A stretch of 64,000 nt of DNA from Takakia lepidozioides. Lineage: Eukaryota; Plantae; Bryophyta. The notes below the pieces were generated by a model, which saw only the letters and a program-made list of their open reading frames with translations, was not told the DNA's origin and did not search any database. Every line of letters starts with the position of its first letter. Positions within the stretch are counted from its first letter, which is position 1. This document shows, piece after piece, positions 1 through 11,816 of this stretch. A program made the position numbers and the translations under genes. Location of the stretch: the NCBI GenBank assembly GCA_030704615.1, contig CM060731.1:88164001-88228000 (forward strand). Reading direction: 5' to 3'.

Positions 1-2957
1 CCAGAACTGGGTGGTTGTCGCCTCCGCAAATTTTGCATGGACAAATCTTCCTGTAAAAGTAGGAGCAGGGACAACCCCATCTGGATTCCTCCTTATCATC
101 TCTAAACAACGTTGCCGTGTATCCACACGAATTGCGGAACACCTTCCTCGAAACGACGGCTTTGTGCGAGCAATTCTCCACTGTGATGCAGACACAGTCG
201 TCTCCACAATGGCTTGGCCATACTGCATAACAGCGGGCGGAATCTGGGGCAAGGGAGCGGTGGGAATTTCTCGCACGAAATCCCCGGTTGAAGGCGACGG
301 CGATCTGGAATTTCTTGGGCTTCCACTGTTGGAAGACACATTGTGCGGCAACATGACGGGACCTCGAGGTGCTATCCGAATGTTCCTGTCGGATCTCCAG
401 GAATCCTCTTCGCACCCGGGTTCCTCTTCAATCCTCCGCCTCACAGGGCGAGTCCGGACGTCCCCCTCTAGGTGTTCACCTCTGCGGTGCAGAGGCGTCC
501 CTTTGATCTTCTCTCGCAATGCTGTCGCCCATTTCAGTGGATTCTTGGACCTCGAAGCTGTTCGTACCAACAATTCCTCCCTGTCCGGCCCAAAGCCCCA
601 TTGTTTTCCACTGAGGAACTTGTAGTACGTGGCTTGCTGCATGATTGCTCTGTCGATGTCCTCTATTGTGGCCGTCACTACGTCCACCAGATGTGTGGCA
701 GAAGACGCTCGCCAGGAGGAGTGGACCGATTCTGCCATATTCGTGTTCGGCATGTCTGTGTCGGAATCCAAGCACCGCTCCTAGAAGGACACAAACAATG
801 GTAAGGGACCAATCGAAATGTCCGTAACAGAAAGACAAATGAACGAAAATGACAGCAGCCTACCTCCCGCATGTACTGTCCGAACTGTCGATACCGAAAA
901 TGCCACCACCCCAACCAGCTGTGCAATGCTCCCAGATTGGTTGTCTCCACTGCACCTGACGTGTTCCACCAAGCCTCGATGATAGCAAACTTAACCTCCG
1001 CGTCATCAAATGTGGGTGCATCCTTCCACGCCGTACAAAGGACACGGTGTTCAACCTGGAATGAGCTAGCAACAAATTTGGTAGTGTAGTGGGATAGACT
1101 CTGCATCCAATGGAATCCACAAGATCTCTCTTTCCCCTCCATTGGCACATTGGGGTCCTCACCGTACACACGCCGCACCACTGCCCAGTTGGCCTGAGCG
1201 TTGTCTGCCATGAATCCCCTGAAATTGGGCTCTGGCAATCCCGCCCTTGCCATCTGCTCGTTTATGCCCTCCCACAGATGCATCTCGGACTGTGTGTCCT
1301 CCCCTTTCATCTCGCAGATTGCAATCGTCATGAGGCTCTTGGAGTGATAGTCATAAACATGCGCACCCATAGTCACCCACTGATGGTTTGTAATTCGCTT
1401 GATGTGATCAAACATCACCCAAGCATTCGACAAGTTTCCAGTTGTCATGCGAGTGACCAAGTCGACTCCACTCCCAGGCCCACACGTCGACATTTTGAAA
1501 ATGTAACAACGATCGGATTCGCTACCTTGCCCTGGAAACCTGCTACCTTGGATGTAGTCATATCCAGTCATTCGTTTCACCTCCAGGATTGAGTACATGT
1601 CCGACCCCCTGCCGAACTCCTGCTTGCAAGATACGATGTGATTCCGCACATTCGGACTACAAACGTGCGAGACGGACTCCAAGAGGTCACGCATCTCGTC
1701 TTCGGTCAAGGGCTCTCGGTCGGAACCATCTTCAGACATGATTTTGTCAAGAGCAATCTTGTGGGCTGCCTTCAGCTGAATCAACTTTGGTCTGGCTCCG
1801 GGGCTCAATTTCACCTCCTCTTTTATGATGTCGTGTGCTTCGTGCACAGCCTCACGCATGTTGCCCTCTCGCCAAGGGGTGGCAGTGGACCCCAACGTGT
1901 ATGCAAGCTCTAGTCAAAGTCCGGGAGCAAATGGATTACGTAATATTGCTTGGCTCTGCACATGGACATGCACGTCGGTGGTTCTTTGCAATGTGCACAC
2001 TTGAAAGAACCCGCAGGAGCTTGGCTGGAGACAATGAATGGATGATGCGTTGTGCCAGTCCAATCCGTCTCGTTTCTCCGCCCTCCTTTGGAGAGAAAGT
2101 GGAAGCACGTGGGATTGAGGCACCTCAGCTTCCCCGCACAGAGGACATATCGTACACAAACACCATCAGCAATTTTCGTGCTACTGGTCTTCGTCACACA
2201 CCAGGGGTGTCCGTCATGCTTTCGATCCATGTCTGTTAACATCCCGGAGGCTTTGTTTGACGAAGAAACAGGTGGAAACTCGAAGATGACATTGCCATCG
2301 ACTTCGGGAGGCAGAAACGTTACCTTTCTGACAGGGAATTTGGCATAGTCGAGAGTAGCCAGCTCGGAGCGAGAACCATCGAGGTGATGTTGTCGTAGGA
2401 GCTGCACAATGGACCGGGTTGGAGTTATGCTCGAGGGCACATGCGTAGCACCTACAGAGACGTCCATGCCGGATTTGAACGACCGTGTGGAGGACATGGG
2501 TACCTCAATGCAATCATCTTCCTCGTCGGAAATGTCGAATACGTCCACACGAGAAGCTATGGAGGGTCTTGACGGTCCAGGTCGGGAATGATTATCGTTG
2601 CATACCTCTCTGTTGGCAGTGGCCGCCTGTCGGTTTCCGGACTCCTTTTGGATGGTGTGGGCAGCGACTGATTCGGAAAGGGAATGGGCATTCCCACAGC
2701 TCAGTACAGGATGGTGTCTGATGGGGGTACGTGCCATTCGATTCCGCAACCTCCATCGTTACCTAGCACGACAATGGTCTCGTCAACCTGTCCAGGAACA
2801 TCCTTCCTTTCTTCTTCCAAATAAACTGTGCCCGGTTTGGCTTGAATTTGGAACAAAGGTAAGTTTCAGTCACTCTGCAAAGTCCTCCCTCGTTTGGGAT
2901 CCAGGCTCTCCCAAGTTGCGGAGGACAGCAAACTATAGCGTAGGAATTCGGAGCCAT
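1..2957 (-). pseudogene. MULE-type DDE transposase with GCM-like Zn/DNA-binding region (frameshifted; C-terminal SWIM outside window)
   Basis: Motifs VMFDHIKR (D), FMADNAQANW (D), SCGFHW (CxxH), and NTNMAESVH (E) after an 83-nt GT-AG intron (781-863). Upstream DGHPW..CAGKLRCLNPTC..CAHC..C..HxH resembles GCM. ORFs 678-1895 and 1910-2749 are joined by frameshifts. Confidence 0.82.
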
Positions 2958-3336
2958 CGAACACCGCACGAAGTTGGCAAGTGCGAGGTTCAGTATAGCG
3001 ACAGACCAAGGCTCACAGGCACCATGCGGAGTCCATCGACGATTGGAAGTCGCACATTGAAGTGGAAAGTATTGTTTCAAGCTAAATGCATGAAGGTGGG
3101 AGGTGTGATTCCATAGCCAGTAAGTATGACAATGATGGCCGATTCGGCGACGAAATAACATCTCCTGACAGTTTCTCCTGAGGGTGGATCCAGCAGTATT
3201 CTCGGTGCAGACAGGAACGTTCGCACTGACAAGTGCAGGTACTGTTAGTTAAAACGGTCAGACAACCAAGTTGTGCTCATCAAGACTGGCCGCAATTGTG
3301 TTGTTTCGGAACAATGCAACCCATTCAGGTTCAGCA

Positions 3337-4690
3337 TGCGGAAATGAGGTTCCAGATTTCCCGTCTTGAGTGATTCTTTCGATTGCTGCTCGACGGAAAT
3401 ACGGCGCCGCATTTCCGTATTGCATCTGGGTCATGCACCAGAGCGACGGAAATGCGGCACCGAGTTTCCGTCCGGGGGAAACCTTTATACTCTCCAGAAC
3501 GGAAATGCGGTAACGCAATTCCATCCAGCAAGCACGGTAGGTGAAGGTGGTACGGAAATGCGGTACCGCATTTCCGTTCAGTACCGCATTTCCGTTCTGA
3601 TTGAGAATTATGAACAACGGGAACAGAAATGCGGCACCGCATTTCCGTCACAGTCGCACCTTCCGACATACCAGAACAGAAATACGGCGCAACATTTCCG
3701 TTTTATATCTGACGCATGGAGCTGAGGGATAGAAATGTTGCACCACATTTCCGTCCTCACAAGACATTCATACTCTCCAGAACGGAAATGCGGTAACGCA
3801 TTTCCATCCAACAAGCACGGTATGTGAAGGTGGAACGGAAATGCGGTACCGCATTTCCGTTCTGATTGAGAATTATGAACAACGGGAACAGAAATGCGGC
3901 ACCGCATTTCCGTCCGAGTCGCACTTTTCGACATTCCAGAACGGAAATGCGGCGCCGCATTTCCATTTTGTATCTGATGCATGGAGCCGAGTGCAATTCC
4001 GACCGCTTGAGACATTCATACTACCCAGAACGGAAATGCGGTACCGCATTTCCGTTCTGACTGAAAATCGTGAACCATCGGAACTGAAATGCGGCAGCGC
4101 ATTTCCATCCGAGTCGCACCTCCCAACATTCCAGAACGCAAATGCAGCACCGCATTTCCGTTCTGATGAAAAATCGTGAAACATCGGAACTGAAATGCGG
4201 TACCGCATTTCCGTCGGAGTCGCACCTTCCGACATTCCAAAACGGAAATGCGGCGCCGCATTTCCGTTTCGTATGTGAGGCATGGAGCTGTGGAACGAAA
4301 ATGCGGCACCGCATTTCCGCCAGGGTAAAACCTTAATACTCTACAGAACGGAAATGCGCTACCGCATTTCCGTTCTGACTGAAAATCGTGAACAACGGGA
4401 ACAGAAATGCGGCACCGCATTTCTGTCCGAGTCGCACCTTCCGACATTCTAGAACGGAAATGCGGCGCCGCATTTCCCTTTTGTATCTCATACATGGAGC
4501 TGTGGGACGGAAATGCGGCACCGTATTTCCGTTCAACAACTAAGGTATGTGAAGCTGGAACGGAAATGCGGTGCCGCATTTTCTTCCAACAAGTACGGAT
4601 GTGTAGCTTCGTGATGGTACTTAACGGAAATGCGGCGCCGCATTCGCATTTCACTCCAACTCATTAGACGCTGGGACGGAAATGCCTTGA
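3337..4690. repeat. Palindrome array, 53-bp period, core GGAAATGCGG-YR-CCGCATTTCC, about 23 units
   Basis: Palindrome centres read at 3794, 3847, 3900, 3953, then 4042 to 4572 in exact 53-bp steps; about five recurring spacer types. Confidence 0.95.
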
Positions 4691-5082
4691 AATGTGAACA
4701 CGTGGAGCAACGGAATTGCGGCACATGTCTGCACTCTATCTGACTGAAGTGGCATGAGGCGGCGCGGCCTGACCGTTGGATAATGATGTTTGTTTTTCGG
4801 ACGGCAGGCGTACCTTGAACGATTCGAATTTCGTAATGACGCAAAGGCCACGAGGAGACACTTTCGTCCAACCCTTTCGAACCCAAGTGGTGCATCACCG
4901 CCGTTTCATCTATTTTTGTCGTGTCTCCTCAGTCACCCCTCTCGCGCCCTTTCCATCTGCACTCTTTGCCCCTTTTCCCTGTCTCTGTTCTTCTTATGCT
5001 CGAACCTGAGAGGGGGGGAGTTCGTGCACCAGACAGGAGACCTCGTCGCAAGCTCCAAAAATTATACTTCGGACGTAGGCCA

Positions 5083-6977
5083 ATGCCAAAGGGGAGGAAG
5101 CAGATGCGTCTACAGGAGATTGCCATCTCCGAGCAGCAGGCCACTCAGGCAACCCAGCCACCAGTAAGAGCTCCATGCGATCGGGCTGCGCGCAGCTGAT
5201 CGAGCACCGAACCCCCCATTTTGCTTCTGTAATTCTTAGACTGAATGCTAGGAGACTTGAATGCAGAACATGTTTGCATGCCTAACAGGAAGGTGGACGT
5301 GCTGGAGGGATCGCAGGAATCCGAAGAGCCGCAGGAAGAGTCTGTGGAGCTAGCTGCAGCACGTACACCCACCCGATCCCCGAGCGCGGGTATTCCTGCC
5401 GGGCCTAGCCCTGTGCGTTTCAAAGACGCGGCTTCGAAGGGCAAGTTCAAAGCCCCAGAGATCGCCTCGCATTCTTCGGTCATGGAGAATCACCAGCAAG
5501 GGTCGGGCCCTTCTCCAGCAAAGTCGAAGAAGAAGCAGCCCGTCCTCTACTGGTTTCTGAACCGGCTCACGCCGTTTCACCCCCACCAACGCGAATGAAG
5601 CAGCAGGGTAAAAGACAGATTCAATTGCAGCAGACACCTTCACCTGCAAGGATGAGGAAGCAGAAGGCAATCAGGGCGACGGCCGAACAATCTCCCGCAA
5701 AACCGCTTCCATGAGCTGAAGCTCAGTTCCTGGAGGATTTCCCGCCTGTAGATGTTGGGGCCGTCTCTGCTGCAGCGAAGGCAATGGGATCGACCGTTTT
5801 TGTCGATTTGGTACCGGAGGAGGGTGCTGCCGCTCAATGTTCGCAGCAAGACCTCACCACCGATGAGCAAGCAGGCCCGGAGGAGGCCTCTGCAATGGCA
5901 GAATTGCCCGCAAACAGGCCCCAGAGTGCAGCTCCAGTTGAGGATGCTCCAGCTGCTCAGCCACTACCGGCACCTACAGACATGTCTCCGGAGGATTTCA
6001 AAAGTGCAGCGGATAAAATGTTGGAGGAGACACACAGTAGCATTGGCAGAGTTCTGGGCAGCAGGGTATTCCAGCGGACTCTTCGAATCCCACTCTGTCG
6101 CATGGTCTCCCTTCCCATCGTCAGGCAGGCCCTTCCCGGAGATGTGGATAAGCTCAAGTTTGCATTTCGAGAAGGGTACCGTCTGGGATCGGCAGCATTT
6201 TACGTTTCCATTGAGAATGAGGACGGCGAAACTCGTGGACCCACTGCCGATGAATTGTCAACGTGGGATACCCACTCGCACACTCGCAATGACGAATTCG
6301 AGGCGACGCTGAAGGGTGATCCAGACTTCGGCCATATGTCGGGTAAAATGTTCTTTGTGTGGGACGGGAATCACCGACTTCTTGCCTGGTGGGAGTACAT
6401 CAAGCAGAACCATGCCAAGCACATTGGCTGGCATTACATGGTGGAGTGTGTCATCCTCAAGGTGAAGGCGGCAGACTCCTCCCTGCTCAAGAATGCCATG
6501 GCGGACCTCAACTCGTAAAATACTCATACCCTCCCTAGCACGTTCGAAATGCGGTGCCGCATTTCGGTTTCCATTCTGGTTTGTTTCCGTGCTTCCGTGT
6601 ACTGAACTGGAGAGTGTGCCTTGCAGGGTCACTGAGAATGCGTACGTGCATACCCACATGGCACATATGCTGTACAGGGTGAGGAAAACTGGTCTCACTG
6701 ATCCGCAGATGTTTGCGGAAATGCTGGAGCCCGAGCTCATTCAGAAAGCCGTTGCAAAAACAGACCGGACATGGTATCATCTCACTATGGATGGAATGGT
6801 GGAGGTCATATACGAAGTAAGTCGTCCTCCAATTTCCCTCTGCACATCCTTCCCCAATTTCCAGTAATCTTTCCACATGAATCGAATGTAACGTTTCTGA
6901 ATGTTTTTGTTGGCAGTCAAACATCAAGCTGGATTTGGCCCATGCCAAATGCTTCTTCATGGAAAGTGAGGGGCAGG
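5083..6977 (+). pseudogene. 5' part of ParB-like domain / DNA methyltransferase fusion gene, copy 1 (runs into gap)
   Basis: ATG 5083 (MPKGRKQ); LPIVRQ...MFFVWDGNHRLLAW ParB/Srx-like motif; GT-AG introns at ~5164-5288, 6515-6626 and 6817-6916; CGA>TGA change near 5712. Confidence 0.75.
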
Positions 6978-7477
6978 NNNNNNNNNNNNNNNNNNNNNNN
7001 NNNNNNNNNNNNNNNNNNNNNNNNNNNNNNNNNNNNNNNNNNNNNNNNNNNNNNNNNNNNNNNNNNNNNNNNNNNNNNNNNNNNNNNNNNNNNNNNNNNN
7101 NNNNNNNNNNNNNNNNNNNNNNNNNNNNNNNNNNNNNNNNNNNNNNNNNNNNNNNNNNNNNNNNNNNNNNNNNNNNNNNNNNNNNNNNNNNNNNNNNNNN
7201 NNNNNNNNNNNNNNNNNNNNNNNNNNNNNNNNNNNNNNNNNNNNNNNNNNNNNNNNNNNNNNNNNNNNNNNNNNNNNNNNNNNNNNNNNNNNNNNNNNNN
7301 NNNNNNNNNNNNNNNNNNNNNNNNNNNNNNNNNNNNNNNNNNNNNNNNNNNNNNNNNNNNNNNNNNNNNNNNNNNNNNNNNNNNNNNNNNNNNNNNNNNN
7401 NNNNNNNNNNNNNNNNNNNNNNNNNNNNNNNNNNNNNNNNNNNNNNNNNNNNNNNNNNNNNNNNNNNNNNNNNNNNN
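6978..7477. other. Assembly gap (500 N)
   Basis: N run. Comparison with copy 3 suggests several kb of the element are missing here. Confidence 0.99.
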
Positions 7478-7949
7478 GAGAAGCCCGAAGACTCATGAGC
7501 TAGTTCTGAGAGCAGTCGAAGTCCCATTGACAACGTGACTGTATTCAGTGGCACAGGGCTAACGATTTCTTTGCACAATCAGCACAGTAGACGTGCTTCA
7601 AATTCAATTCATGTGGATCAATAAAAACCTCATTGTACCCTCTTTTTATTCTATTCTGTGTCCATTGTTCCCAGAATGCGTCATTGCTCATTTCGTTTGG
7701 GATTGGGAGTGTGGGAGGATTTTGCAAGTGGCTGTTAGGCTGAAATGGGCCCCCATTGTACAGAGCAGTACCACCCTACCATTCGCGAAACATTGCCATT
7801 CAATATATAATTCTAAAAAACATTGCCGAACCTCCTTCATCGGGAGGTCCTTCTCCCCCTATGACCGTGGCACCCTTAACCCTATTCCCGCGGACACATA
7901 TTTCCGGGAAATAGTCTGCTCATGTTTTTTTTCACACTTACGACTCTGC

Positions 7950-7998
7950 TCATGGCTCATGCCGCTCATGGCTCATGGCTCATGAAATAGCAGCCCCC
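7950..7998 (-). repeat. Right terminal inverted repeat with tandem CATGAGC subterminal heptamers
   Basis: Reverse complement GGGGGCTGCTATTTCATGAGCCATGAGCCATGAGCGGCATGAGC matches the left end GAGGTTTACTATTTCATGAGC. Confidence 0.88.
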
Positions 7999-8607
7999 CC
8001 TTACCTCCATCTAGGTAATTCTATCATTCCTCACCAGACCATCCGGTATGGATAAAAAGAGTCAATAAAAGAGGAATGAAAAATTATCACCCTGGTAGTT
8101 TTTCATCCGGTACGGATGGAAAAACAGGATGTTGTTGGCAACCTCCATAGACGTAATTCTTTTCTTCCATGGTGACTCATCCGGTATGGATGAGAGTCAA
8201 TAAAGGAGGAATGAAAAGGCCAAAAGAACCATCCTAGAGGTAATTCAGTGTCCATCCTGGTGGCTCATCCGGTATGGATGAAAAAGCCTGATAGAGGATG
8301 AGAAAACAAGAAGTCAACACTGATAGCAAACTGCCAATTCCCAGTAGAGAGGGAGAGAGAGGGAGAGATCAGGAAACCAAAAAAAAAAAAATGGGGGGGG
8401 GGGGAGTGACTGAGCCCGTGGTGCTCAGTCACTCCCCCCCCCCCCCCCTCCCCATCTTTTTCTTTTCTCTTTGTTGCCCCTCTCGAGACCCCGAGCACTT
8501 GCTGCTCTCAGCCCCCAACATGCTTGGTATTTTTGTTTTTGATCTGGAATGTAGACGTTGTTTCCTAATGAGGCCAACTTGTGGGTTTGCATGACAGGTG
8601 CCAGCTT

Positions 8608-10848
8608 ATGGGGAAAGAGAAGAAGTCTCCTGCCCCAAAGAAAGGGGCGGACAATCCGTTTGCTCTGCCGGCACGTGTGACGCGCCAGGGCGTCTCACGG
8701 TTAACCACCCCCGTCGACAGCCGCAGCCGGAGGGCTCGTCTGCCCCCCGAAGCCAGTACCTCCCCTCTTGTCCACATCTTGGATGCGCCAGGGGCCGGCT
8801 CAGCCAGCTCTCCTATCCGGGAGGTTGTTGCTGAGCCGGATGCTCAGTTGAGCACACCCCCGGCCACCAAGATGGGTGAAATGTACCTTGGCAAGCACAT
8901 CACCCGTTTGGGGGCCCGGTATGGGCAACTTTTGGATGTCACCCCCATTGCGACCCCTTCCTCCGCAACAAAGGCTGCACTTGCCAAGGCCCAACGTCAA
9001 GTTCAAGGGCCTTTGAAAGCCTCCATTGCCAGCCCATTGTTGTCGATGAGGGAGGAGGAGAAGAGGAGGGCCAATGAAGTGGCCAAGATAGCGAAGCACC
9101 TCGAAGAAGTCAAGCCGGGTGAGGGCTTCTACCCTGATACGCATTTGGGGGGGGGGAGAGGAGGAGGTATGGGCCGGCTCGGAGCAGCCTAGCCAATCAG
9201 CGACACCGCCCCCTGAGCCTGAGCGGTCAGCAAAGAAGGGCCTGGACTACGGGGCGCCGCCGCCGGCTATGCTCCACATCTGGAATCTACTTCTAGTGGC
9301 GCTCCGGGAGGGGATAGAGCGGGCACATCCGGCAACGGGGACTCCTGCCACATCGGGTGACACTGGGGGCGAGTCGGACAAGCTTGCAAAGGTAGAACTG
9401 TCGCACTTGTTCCATGATTTATCCTTTCCTTTGCATGCATGATTTTCTTTGTTGTTTGTTTGTTTTTTTTTTTGAATTTGGAGGGGTTATTTGTCTTTAG
9501 GAGGCAGCAACATGGCTGGCCTCATTGGTGCAGTCCAGTGGGGTTGCCAATGAGGGAGAGCACGTGGTGTTCACGAAGGACCCGAACACCAAAGGTAAGA
9601 AGAAGAGGCCTTGATCTCCCGAGATCCCTTTTACCATCAATGAAGGGGCTGCCGAGGAGAGAGAGAGAAGGGAGAGAGAGAAGGAGAGAGAGGAAGTAGC
9701 GGGGAAGGGGAAGGAAAAGAAGAAGAAGAAGAAGAAGAAGTCCCATGGAGAGGAAGGGGTGAGTGTGCATGCGGGGGAGGGCAGTGGGGTAACAAAGGAG
9801 CAGGGGAAGGAGGCTACAAAGAAGGGAGAGGGTGGGAAGAAGAACATGCCCTTGGCGATACAGGACGTGGAGTTGGCAAAGATCGTGGTGCCACCGGTGG
9901 AGGTGAATCGCCATGGTGACCCTTGCGGTGCATTCTGGGAGGCTATAAAGAAGCCAGCCTTCGAACTCGCATTGAGGTGGTTCCCTTTGCACATCGAGTG
10001 GGCTAATCAGCACTTTCGAGTGAAGCGGGCGTATGCTCGTGAGTTAGACGGCCGGTTTCCGGGCAATTGGAGTGACACAAGGGTGATGGAGATGGTGGGG
10101 CGAAACTTGAAGGACAGGAGGTACCATGCCAGACAGATCATTCGGAGGGCAATGGAAAAGGGGGCCATACCCAAACCACCTTATGGAATTACACAGGTTG
10201 GCAAATCCCGAATCATGTCACCTTCCATTTGTCGCATGTGCATTAATGAGGTGGATTCGATGCAACGTATGTGTGTAATTCACTAATTGTTGGGGGGGGG
10301 GGCTGTGTGCATAGGTATCGTGGGATGCACTCATTGCGGGAGAGACTGATGCCGTAAACAAGGCCAAATTTGACCGGGCACGCGAAACAACAACAGTCCG
10401 CCTTGACAAGCACGAATCCACACACAAATGGGGCGCCAGCGGATCCAAGGGTTTTATCTTGAGATTTGTAAGTCGTACTTCCCTATGGATTTTGTTATGT
10501 CTTCTTTCTGGCTCCGTCATCGCAAAGAATTGACTTTAATTTGTGGCATGTGTAGCAACGCACGTTTGAGAGGAAGCCATCTCCGGTAGAGTACAACTAC
10601 GCCAAGGAGCATGGTTGGCAATCCCTCATGAAGAACATGGCCAACACGGAGGGGATGAGTGCACTATAGGGCACTAGTATGGATGAGGTCGGGGGTCATG
10701 GCCAGGGATTGGATGAGAGCTCTTTGGGACTTAGGGGAACGCCGCCTCATTAGGTGCTTTGGCAAAGGGCACGAAGTCATCAGACTCATCGGATAGCTCT
10801 GAGTCCTCCACTGAGGATGAGGATGAGGATGAGGATGAGGATGACTAG
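8608..10848 (+). pseudogene. CACTA/En-Spm ORF2 (TnpA / Ptta-like), multi-exon, degenerate
   Basis: Low-complexity charged N-terminus, then VEVNRHGDPCG..W..RRYH..KPPYGIT / VSWDAL..NKAK..R..HKWGASG, typical of the CACTA second ORF. Lies upstream of a CACTA end. Confidence 0.6.
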
Positions 10849-11109
10849 TCCTAGTCCATGTAGGTCCCAGGGTCAGCCTACTAAACCCTTGTGAGCTTTT
10901 CAGCTCATTTCCTGTAAATATATTTCCATATTTCCATCTTTCATCTTATTCATGTGTCGCACCGTCCTCACCCTCGATTCATGCTTGCTCAATTGTGTAC
11001 CTGCTAAATCAGAGAAATGGAACTGTAAGGTCTCCCATCCCCAGAAACAAAACCAGGCAAAAAACAAAAAACCACCCCCAATTCACCCCCAAAATCAACC
11101 CCACCAGGC

Positions 11110-11816
11110 TGCCCTCGCGACTGCAGGACGTCGGGAGGGGTCGCACGCCGCGACGGTCGGGCGTTGCCAATCCCATTTGCGGGTGGCAACCCCTGACACC
11201 CCCTGCGACGTGTTTTTTTGGTCCGGGGGTCGCAAGCCGTGACGCCCGGGCGTCGCGTAGCCCGCCACCCTGCCTGCGCCACGCCTTTTTAAAAAAAATT
11301 AAATATAAAAAAAACGACGCCAGAGCATCACCAAAACCCACGCCCGGGCGTGGCGGAGCCCGACTCCTGCTTCTGCTGTTTTTTTTGCCACGCCCAATAG
11401 TCGCTTGCAGCGACGCACTGGCGTCGCTGGGCGTACCACCCGGCTTACGCCACGTGTTTTTGGGTTTTATGATGGGACTCCCGGGCAGGTTAGAAAAAAA
11501 AAGGGATGCGACGCCGCGCCGGCGCCCCCACCAACGCCGTCGGCTGGAGGGCCGCGACGGCGAGACGTCGCTCAATGGAGGCCCCTGCCATCGGCGCAGA
11601 CAGCCTGAAAAGCGACGTTCGACAGTCGCAGGAGTTGGGGCGGGGGCTCGCGACCCCCATACGTCGCATTTTGGCGACGCCCATGTGACTGCCGGGCGAC
11701 GGCCGGGCGTCGCAAATTCTTCGCCTGCCCCCTGCCCGAAAAGGGCGTTTTCCCGACGCTGCGGCATGGCCACGACGTGGCTCGGGCGTCGCAAAGGCCC
11801 CCCTTTTCCTGTAGTG
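11110..11816. mobile_element. CACTA element 3' end with GCGACG/CGTCGC subterminal repeats
   Basis: Ends TTTTCCTGTAGTG (reverse complement CACTACAGGAAAA) at 11816; dense direct and inverted GCGACG motifs. Confidence 0.8.

Larger units (their letters stand above)
1..7998. mobile_element. Family-A Mutator-like element, copy 1 (left end outside window; interior broken by assembly gap)
   Basis: Colinear with the TSD-bounded copy at 14897-29409; right terminus ...GCTCATGAAATAGCAGCCCCC ends at 7998. Confidence 0.88.

Noticed and set aside
3258-4667. Numerous ORFs over the arrays (also 19598-21348, 35897-38604, 43451-44202, 45982-46816, 52410-53566)
   Set aside because: Translations of repeats (TEMRRRIS, GNAAPHF, KCGAAF) in all frames; not credible proteins.
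3337-4690. CRISPR array (palindromic repeat with constant-length spacers)
   Set aside because: Spacers recur as about five types within and between arrays, no cas genes are present, and the context is an intron-containing eukaryotic transposon.
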